Below, piece by piece: positions 1 through 6,259 of a DNA stretch of 64,000 nucleotides (position 1 is the first letter of the stretch; every line of letters begins with the position of its first letter). The position numbers and the translations under genes are program-made. The DNA is from an uncultured virus (IMG/VR IMGVR_UViG_3300008261_000015). Lineage: Duplodnaviria; Heunggongvirae; Uroviricota; Caudoviricetes. The notes beneath the pieces were generated by a model. That model worked only from the letters and a program-made list of their open reading frames with translations, was not told the DNA's origin and searched no databases. The stretch lies in the IMG/VR virus record IMGVR_UViG_3300008261_000015. One strand, given 5' to 3'.

Positions 1-193
1 CTTCCTCGTCCTCCCATTCAGTCCAATAAATTACATCGTCTGCATAAGCATCATCGATGTCTCTATACCCTTGGTCGATGCAATACTGCAATGCATCTGA
101 TTCGTACTTGAAGTACATTTCTCCATCATTTGCAACCCACCCCTCATTCATCCCCTCTCCCGTGATGTCGCATATTCTAGCGTAGTTTTCCAT
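1..193 (-). CDS. small acidic early protein, partial (runs off window edge)
   Basis: ATG at 193, open frame MENYARICDITGEGMNEGW...YWTEWEDEE to position 1; not in ORF track. Confidence 0.6.
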   Translation of the reverse strand, partial: MENYARICDITGEGMNEGWVANDGEMYFKYESDALQYCIDQGYRDIDDAYADDVIYWTEWEDEE

Positions 194-197
194 GATT

Positions 198-425
198 TTA
201 ATATAGTCTAGGTAAGAAAAATTCATCTCCACTTTTTAACCCATTGTAGTCGTGTATGATTGTACTAGCAACTAGGTCTGGGCAATTTTTATCGAGTGCT
301 ACCAACTTATCAAAGTTGATTTTCATGTCTAAAGTTTGAGCAATATGAATACAACCCATAAACGAGTGGTCTTTTCTCAGATACTTTTCAACGATTGCTA
401 GTGTTTTTAATATGTTACTTTCCAT
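198..425 (-). CDS. hypothetical early protein
   Basis: 75-aa ORF in tightly packed minus-strand run. Confidence 0.6.
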   Translation of the reverse strand: MESNILKTLAIVEKYLRKDHSFMGCIHIAQTLDMKINFDKLVALDKNCPDLVASTIIHDYNGLKSGDEFFLPRLY

Positions 426-445
426 GATTAATTTGTTTAGGTTAA

Positions 446-652
446 TTATTTGAAATATTGAACTTGGATAACTCCACCATGAAAGTGTGCCATGACCTTA
501 TCATCTGACATTAAAACTTTCAAAAATCCAGAGCATGAATCTGTTATTTCTACATGCTTTCTGCAACTAGATATTCTAAAACTAGGCTGACTTCCGCTAA
601 AGTTTCTTGCTAGGAATAAAACTTGGGATAAAGTGAATTCTAAAGTTTCCAT
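446..652 (-). CDS. hypothetical early protein
   Basis: 68-aa ORF, A-rich leader. Confidence 0.6.
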   Translation of the reverse strand: METLEFTLSQVLFLARNFSGSQPSFRISSCRKHVEITDSCSGFLKVLMSDDKVMAHFHGGVIQVQYFK

Positions 653-671
653 GTTTTGTATTGTTTAAGTT

Positions 672-779
672 TTACCAAGCGGTGTTTTCTAATTGGATTC
701 CGAAGTAACTTCCGATAAGGAACATAACTCCTAAGATTACTAGGGCGATTGCCCATGAGATAATTTCTTGCTTTTTCAT
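672..779 (-). CDS. 35-aa single-TM membrane protein
   Basis: MKKQEIISWAIALVILGVMFLIGSYFGIQLENTAW; A-rich leader; immediately downstream of the hammerhead ribozyme. Confidence 0.65.
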   Translation of the reverse strand: MKKQEIISWAIALVILGVMFLIGSYFGIQLENTAW

Positions 780-794
780 TTTGTTGTGGGTTAT

Positions 795-846
795 GGTTAA
801 GACTGCCTTTCGGCAGTTTCGACTATTTAAGTCTCTTCAGTTAACC
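795..846 (-). ncRNA. type I hammerhead ribozyme
   Basis: GGUUAA-CUGAAGA-GACU(UAAAU)AGUC-GAAA-CUGCC(GAAA)GGCAG-UC-UUAACC: full catalytic core, three perfect stems, GUC cleavage triplet. Confidence 0.93.
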
Positions 847-1050
847 TTTTTTTGTTATTCCCCATTCTTCCATAAATAGGTCTTGCATTTTATATTGGAT
901 AGCCAACTCTCGCTTAAGTGATGCACATGCTTTAATGAATTCGTCTCTTGTGCAATTATTTTCTACTCCTACTACCTTGGTTAAGTACTCAGATGCAAGA
1001 ACGAAATTTTTTAACTCTTCAATACTTGTTACGTTGTTTAAAGTTGTCAT
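841..1050 (-). CDS. hypothetical protein, first ORF of the early transcript
   Basis: 69-aa ORF; stop codon lies in ribozyme stem I. Confidence 0.65.
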   Translation of the reverse strand: MTTLNNVTSIEELKNFVLASEYLTKVVGVENNCTRDEFIKACASLKRELAIQYKMQDLFMEEWGITKKG

Positions 1051-1274
1051 GGTCTTGTTTGTTTATGGTTTAAAGTTTGTCCCCTTTTGCAATCGAATGC
1101 CACACCGAACTCCGTGAGGGGATATTTTTACATTGGACATCTAGGTATAACGCTTAAGTGGATGCTACCTTACGATTCATCATTCGATGTCTAATGTCTT
1201 GTTTCTAATCCGTGCCCCAGTTACCCTCGCCGTTAGGTTGCTCTACTGGGTATTTTATGCACTTGTGTTGTGCC

Positions 1275-1308
1275 TTACCTTGAGGTAAATTTCAGCATGT
1301 CAAAGAAC
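1275..1308 (-). promoter_or_regulatory. boxA-like antitermination site with downstream hairpin (nut-like)
   Basis: GTTCTTTGACAT (1308-1297) resembles rrn/lambda boxA; TTACC-TCAA-GGTAA hairpin 8 nt downstream. Confidence 0.55.
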
Positions 1309-1481
1309 TTGTTACTCTACTCGTGATGTCTTCATGGCCATTTGGCGGAGTTCATTACACCTTGCGGTGGGTTTGTTATCGATTACTTTTAGACTATCGG
1401 CGTAGTGCCAGTCGCATCATTATCTCGCTCAAGTTTTGAACATCATGTGTATCTGGAGACCTTGTGTCGCCGTTGATGATT

Positions 1482-1514
1482 CAAAGATGCAGGGTGGGGC
1501 ATCAGAAATCCAAA
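1482..1514 (-). promoter_or_regulatory. Bacteroidota sigma-A-type early promoter
   Basis: TTTG(-33), 21-nt spacer, CATCTTTG (-7, one mismatch to TAnnTTTG), upstream A-tract. Confidence 0.6.
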
Positions 1515-1858
1515 TTTCATGCAAACTTTTTTTTCAACTTTCTTGTAACTGCTTGATAATCAGCGAGAAAATTTTCATTCCAGCATGGTAGCAATTACAT
1601 GGTCTCAGAGGGTATTTGGAGGATTTTAGGTCAAAATGGGTAAAAGTGTTCATTATCGGACACGTGGTAACGAATGTACTAGGAATCTCGTCAAATTCGC
1701 TGGTAATCAGTTAGTTATGATTTCGTTTTTCAAAATTTGTAGATTTTTTGAATTGCTCCAGATAAATGAGTGGTTAGGCAATCTCTGAGAACGTGTTGCA
1801 TAAAAATCCAATAAAGGAATCGCGCGTGTGCGTGACGTGTGCGCGTACGCGTAGGCAG

Positions 1859-1929
1859 TTGCTTATTTGCATAGGCGAATATGCTCGGAGTTCATCTGCT
1901 CATTTGCTTATTTGCTTAAGCGAATATGC
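1859..1929. repeat. 26-bp direct repeat pair
   Basis: ttgcttatttgcataggcgaatatgc (1859-1884) and ttgcttatttgcttaagcgaatatgc (1904-1929). Confidence 0.75.
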
Positions 1930-2044
1930 GTGAATTGACCAACGTTCAAGTTATCTTTTTAGTGTACATTTTACGTGACATCTGTAGTCCATGGCGTGAC
2001 AAAAGGACAGGCGACCACCCCCTACCCTGCCATGAAATGCCTAG

Positions 2045-2098
2045 AAAGTTGTCATGGTGACGGCCAAAAGTTGTCATGGTCGCACAGAAAGTTGTCAT
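2045..2098. repeat. three iteron-like direct repeats AAAGTTGTCAT
   Basis: copies at 2045, 2067, 2088 (22/21-bp period). Confidence 0.8.
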
Positions 2099-2443
2099 AA
2101 AAAGCCAAAAAATTAGGCATAAATGCAACAATGTTGCACCCCCACCCTCGAAAAATGATCACTTTCCCATCTGGGCCGCCTCGCGTAGTTTTGGGGTATA
2201 ACCCAAATAGTACAAATATCTAACGAAATATTCACATTATCGTGACAGCTTTTTCAAAAAATGACACTGGATTCCAGACTTTATGTACGATAACTTGCTG
2301 ATAGTCAGGAGTATGACAAGAATGCTCACTTTTATTACGTAAAATAAAAAAAAATAAAAACGTATTTATAGAAATATATATATATAATTTGCCCTCTTTT
2401 TTCTGACATTTCTGTCATGGCTTGATTATTGATCTTGGTTTCC

Positions 2444-2451
2444 TATATTTG
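2444..2451 (+). promoter_or_regulatory. -7 promoter element TATATTTG upstream of groEL
   Basis: matches Bacteroidota TAnnTTTG; same element at 4809, 5657, 14561, 20914, 23417, 27853, 35299, 49378, 49748, each just upstream of a start codon. Confidence 0.7.
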
Positions 2452-2472
2452 CGAACAATCAAATTTACTATT

Positions 2473-4020
2473 ATGAAGGTATACCTTGACCATGAAGGTC
2501 GCACAAAACTTTTGCAGGGTGTAAAGACCCTATCGGCTGCTGTGAAGAGCACGCTAGGTCCTAGCGGAAAGACGGTGATTATTGACTCACCTAACCACAC
2601 ACGTGGGCTTACTATTACCAAGGATGGTGTAACTGTTGCCAAGAGTGTTGTCTTGGATGACGCGTTGGAGAACATGGCTGTTCGAATCGTTCGGGAGGCC
2701 AGTGAGAGAACTGCGTTGACAGCAGGGGATGGAACTACGACAGCAGTTGTCATTACGGAGGCCCTAGTTGAGGGTGGGATGGCAATCAATGCGGACTGGA
2801 GCAGCGTGAAGCAGATCGAGGAGTTGGCGAAGCGGACTGAGAAGGAGCTTGAGAAGGTGTCCGTGCGGACAACCAACAGGTGGATCGAGGACATTGCCAC
2901 GATCTCTGCCAATAATGATCGGCACATTGGGAAGTTAATTGCTGACACGTACAAGAAGGTTGGCAAGAATGGCCTGGTGACGGTGGAGAAGTCCATGACT
3001 ACTGAGACCTACGCTGAGGTGATCAAGGGCATCCGCATGGATAGGGGTTATACGAACAAATTGTTCGTGAACAACCAGAAGAATGACGAGTTCGTGGCTG
3101 AAGATTGCTACATCTTGATGACTGACATCGAGCTTTCGTCCATTGAGCAAATCATTAACCTACTTGGGTCGTTTGTGCAGAGTCGGAAACCATTGTTGAT
3201 TGTGGCACCGTGCTCTCAGAACTTTACAAACACCATTGCTCTCAACAAAATGCAGAGCAACTTGAAGTTCTGCATCGTGGAGCCTCCTCAGTTTGGCTAC
3301 AAACAACACGAGTTGATGCAGGATTTGGCGGTTGCGACTGGTGGTCGTTTCTTTAGTGCCCTTGGAGGTGACGATACTGCGCTAATTTCGTTCACAGATC
3401 TTGGTCTCGCTTCGAAAGTAGTGGTATCAAGAGAGAAAACCGTGCTAGTACCGTCTCCAAGCGTAGACAATACGGAGACACTTGACGTTTTGGTGAGTGA
3501 ATTGAAGGCCGCGCACGACCAGGCTACTAAAAAAACAGATAGAGACTTCATCAAACAGCGTATTTCGTACCTAACTGGTGGTGTTGGCATCATTCACGTG
3601 GGTGGAAACTCAGATGTTGAGCAAAAAGAGCTGTACGATAGGGTAGATGACTCAGTTTGCGCAGTGCAGTCCGCCATGGAAGAGGGTATCGTTGCTGGTG
3701 GTGGGCTGGCCTTGTACCGTGTTGGGCAGAAGTTGCTCAAAGAGAGTTACAACGACAAGGTTGTGGAGTGTTTTGTGAATGCCATACAGGCACCACTGAA
3801 GCAAATCATCAAGAATGCGGACATTGACCTTGAAAAGACCATCAACGTAATTGAGAACTTGACTCTTGGAAACGAGGGATTGAACGTAAAAACTGACGAG
3901 CTTGGCGATATGTTCGAGATGGGGATCGTTGATCCCCTAAAAGTAACCAAGACCGCTCTGAAGAACGCGGTCTCTGTAGCAAATACAATTTTAACTACTA
4001 ATGCAATAATTTCGAACTGA
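2473..4020 (+). CDS. groEL: group I chaperonin GroEL (Cpn60)
   Basis: TLGPSG, TITKDGVTVAK, AGDGTTTA, IATISANND, AMEEGIVAGGG, GIVDPLKV; ATG 2473 preferred; no C-terminal GGM tail. Confidence 0.97.
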   Translation: MKVYLDHEGRTKLLQGVKTLSAAVKSTLGPSGKTVIIDSPNHTRGLTITKDGVTVAKSVVLDDALENMAVRIVREASERTALTAGDGTTTAVVITEALVEGGMAINADWSSVKQIEELAKRTEKELEKVSVRTTNRWIEDIATISANNDRHIGKLIADTYKKVGKNGLVTVEKSMTTETYAEVIKGIRMDRGYTNKLFVNNQKNDEFVAEDCYILMTDIELSSIEQIINLLGSFVQSRKPLLIVAPCSQNFTNTIALNKMQSNLKFCIVEPPQFGYKQHELMQDLAVATGGRFFSALGGDDTALISFTDLGLASKVVVSREKTVLVPSPSVDNTETLDVLVSELKAAHDQATKKTDRDFIKQRISYLTGGVGIIHVGGNSDVEQKELYDRVDDSVCAVQSAMEEGIVAGGGLALYRVGQKLLKESYNDKVVECFVNAIQAPLKQIIKNADIDLEKTINVIENLTLGNEGLNVKTDELGDMFEMGIVDPLKVTKTALKNAVSVANTILTTNAIISN

Positions 4021-4301
4021 TGAGACCAATTGGTAAGTACCTGGTAATTAGAAAGATAGAAAAAGAAGCCCGAACACAAGTCGGGCTTCTACTATCGGCT
4101 GACGACAAAAACAAAATGCGCTATGGCATAGGTCAGATTGTCAAGGTTGGTAGCGATGTAAACTCTGTCAAGGATGGCGAGTTTATTTACTATGACAAGT
4201 TTGCTTCTCATGAGATGATTATTTCAGGGGAGATTCTTTCGGTAATACTTGAGCGAGACGTTGTCGTCGTTCTGCAATCTCCTGACGATTTCTCCGCTTA
4301 G
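4020..4301 (+). CDS. groES: co-chaperonin GroES (Cpn10)
   Basis: MRPIG..LVI, T..GLLL mobile loop, GQIVKVG..V..VKDGE.IYYDK; coupled to groEL. Confidence 0.9.
   Translation: MRPIGKYLVIRKIEKEARTQVGLLLSADDKNKMRYGIGQIVKVGSDVNSVKDGEFIYYDKFASHEMIISGEILSVILERDVVVVLQSPDDFSA
4060..4090 (-). terminator. intrinsic terminator embedded antisense in groES
   Basis: AGAAGCCCGA-7nt-TCGGGCTTCT, followed on the - strand by a T-run; downstream of the 4219-4803 gene. Confidence 0.6.
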
Positions 4302-4803
4302 CTTCTTTCATCTCTAGGTTCATCTTGCGGATGAAGTTTCTCATGACTTTGTCAGTGTAGATTGTATCCTTCTTGAACATAGGGTTGGTGTGCCTGTCAG
4401 TTGAGATCTCTTCACGGTTCAACTTCTTGTACATCGTGTTGATGGCACGCCTTCCCTTTTCGGTTATTTCGTATAATGCCCTGGAGTTGTAAGTTTTTTC
4501 CCTCCACACGTGTATCCAACCTTCTTCAAGTAGTCTTCTGAACCTGTCAATGTCCCAGCTTAGGACGTTGTTGTACTCTTCAAAGCGTTCGTTATCGAAG
4601 TAACCCTCGCTGTAAAGGAATAGGAGCATGTCCAGGTCCTGGCTTTTTAGGTTGTACTTTCTCATGGTCCAGTAACGGATGACTCTCCAGTACTTTAGGT
4701 AGTCGTGTTCAGGGTGACGTCTGTCGTAAATGTCACGCACATTTCGGATTGGAACGTCATATTTATCCCAAACTCTTTTTGCTCTCCTTTTGAATGAATT
4801 CAT
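4219..4803 (-). CDS. winged-helix (MarR-like) DNA-binding protein
   Basis: LDMLLFLY, RRLLEEGWI, LYEITEKGRR pattern. Confidence 0.65.
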   Translation of the reverse strand: MNSFKRRAKRVWDKYDVPIRNVRDIYDRRHPEHDYLKYWRVIRYWTMRKYNLKSQDLDMLLFLYSEGYFDNERFEEYNNVLSWDIDRFRRLLEEGWIHVWREKTYNSRALYEITEKGRRAINTMYKKLNREEISTDRHTNPMFKKDTIYTDKVMRNFIRKMNLEMKEAKRRNRQEIAERRQRLAQVLPKESPLK

Positions 4804-4833
4804 ATTCGTATATTTGCGGTAAAGCTAATAAAA

Positions 4834-4989
4834 ATGATGGACAGACCAAAACTAAGTATGACTGGAATCGAGAAGTGTATTGCAGTCAAAAAAGCAAACG
4901 ACAAGAAAGAAGAACTAGCCGAGGCTGTAATTGAGGCTCTTGCTATGGTTAGAACCAAAGAAGCTCTAGGCTATGGTAAGAAAAAGTGA
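4834..4989 (+). CDS. 51-aa hypothetical protein
   Basis: ATG after TATATTTG at 4809; overlaps next gene. Confidence 0.55.
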   Translation: MMDRPKLSMTGIEKCIAVKKANDKKEELAEAVIEALAMVRTKEALGYGKKK

Positions 4990-5239
4990 GATGAAGTGTA
5001 ACTCTCCCAAGAGTACACCTTCACATCCTAAAAAATCTCACGTAGTTAAGGCTTGCTCTGCTGGTAAGGAGAAAGTTATCCGCTTTGGTGAACAAGGCGC
5101 GAAGACTGCTGGCAAACCAAAGATGGGTGAGTCTGACACTATGAAAAAGAAAAGAGCGTCTTTTAAGGCAAGACATAGTAAAAATATTGCTAAAGGACCA
5201 ATGTCAGCAGCTTATTGGGCAGATAAGGTAAAATGGTGA
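4973..5239 (+). CDS. small basic phage protein
   Basis: KVIRFG...RASFKARH...SAAYWA..W motif, Lys-rich. Confidence 0.7.
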   Translation: MVRKSEMKCNSPKSTPSHPKKSHVVKACSAGKEKVIRFGEQGAKTAGKPKMGESDTMKKKRASFKARHSKNIAKGPMSAAYWADKVKW

Positions 5240-5415
5240 TGAAAAAGAAAAGCACTGTAAACTCAGCTGGTAACTACACTAAGCCTACCATGCGTAAAAC
5301 TTTGTTCGAAAAGATCAAGGCTGGCAGCAAAGGTGGTGATCCTGGTGAGTGGTCAGCTAGGAAAGCACAGCTTCTTGCTAGTGAGTACAAGAAGAAAGGT
5401 GGAGGATACAAATGA
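5233..5415 (+). CDS. small basic protein (GG..G.WSARKAQ family, N-terminal half)
   Basis: KGGDPGEWSARKAQLLASEYKKKGGGY. Confidence 0.7.
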   Translation: MVMKKKSTVNSAGNYTKPTMRKTLFEKIKAGSKGGDPGEWSARKAQLLASEYKKKGGGYK

Positions 5416-5648
5416 AGAAGCAGCAAAAAGACCTTATTCGTTGGACCGAACAGGAGTGGAGAACTCCAAGTGGTAAAAAATCTAAGGACACTGGTGAAGT
5501 TTACGCCCCAGCTAAGACAATAGCATCGCTTAAGAAGACTCCTGCTGGCCGTTCTAAACTTGCTAAGGCCACTGCTGAGAAGCGAGAGGCTACAAAAAAA
5601 GGAGAGCAATACGCAAAACACGGACTGCACAAGGGTAAAAAGCGATAA
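5412..5648 (+). CDS. small basic protein (probably C-terminal half of the same family)
   Basis: QKDLIRWTEQEWRT...YAP; ATGA overlap. Confidence 0.65.
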   Translation: MKKQQKDLIRWTEQEWRTPSGKKSKDTGEVYAPAKTIASLKKTPAGRSKLAKATAEKREATKKGEQYAKHGLHKGKKR

Positions 5649-5686
5649 AAAGTCAGTATATTTGTCAAGTTTAAAAAGCGAAAGAT

Positions 5687-5815
5687 ATGCCTCTAAAGTC
5701 TGGAAAATCACAAAAGGTTGTTAGTGAGAATATTAGAAAAGAAATCAAGGCTGGTAAACCTCGCAAGCAGGCTATAGCTATCGCTTTATCTAAGGCAGGT
5801 AAAACTAAAAAATAA
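5687..5815 (+). CDS. 42-aa basic protein
   Basis: [42 protein letters not shown]; follows TATATTTG. Confidence 0.7.
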   Translation: MPLKSGKSQKVVSENIRKEIKAGKPRKQAIAIALSKAGKTKK

Positions 5816-5816
5816 C

Positions 5817-5969
5817 ATGGAGGGCTTAGGGGACTTAGTTGAAGTAGTTGCTAAAGGCACAGGGATAACACGAGTTGTTGAGCGTGTGACTAAAGGCAAA
5901 GATTGCGGATGCTCTGCAAGAAAGCAGAAGTTAAATAAGTTAGTTCCATTCTCTTTAAACAAAAACTAA
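5817..5969 (+). CDS. 50-aa protein with GLGD...DCGC motif
   Basis: MEGLGDLVE...GKDCGCSARKQKLN; fills the gap exactly. Confidence 0.7.
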   Translation: MEGLGDLVEVVAKGTGITRVVERVTKGKDCGCSARKQKLNKLVPFSLNKN

Positions 5970-5970
5970 T

Positions 5971-6237
5971 ATGGCAGTACAAAAACTACAGGCAGGTCGA
6001 GCTGCCGCAGTTACACCAAGCAACACCTTGAACATTCCAAGCGTAGCTACGCAAGATGGATCAGGTAATAATGGTTGTGTGCTTTACGTCGGAACTGGTG
6101 GTACCTTGAAGGTTACTACAGTTGGCGGAGATGAGGTCACCTTTACTGGTATCGTTTCTGGAACATTTATTCCAGTTCAGGTAATCAAGGTATGGGCTGA
6201 AGGAACATCGGCACTAAACATTTTAGCACTATGGTAA
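5971..6237 (+). CDS. small beta-rich virion protein (spike-base/decoration-like)
   Basis: AAAVTPS...LYVGTGGTLKV...G.FIPVQV..VW..GT.A. Confidence 0.7.
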   Translation: MAVQKLQAGRAAAVTPSNTLNIPSVATQDGSGNNGCVLYVGTGGTLKVTTVGGDEVTFTGIVSGTFIPVQVIKVWAEGTSALNILALW

Positions 6238-6259
6238 TTGCAATTGGAATAATCATCGG

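Noticed and set aside
1130..1196. second self-cleaving ribozyme (pistol or hammerhead) in the leader
   Set aside because: A stem is present but no complete catalytic consensus could be matched
1946..2131. 61-aa ORF
   Set aside because: Translation of the iteron repeats (MTTF x2) in a control region
2415..4079. minus-strand ORFs opposite groEL, and similar shadow ORFs across structural genes
   Set aside because: Antisense shadows of strongly supported genes with no motifs
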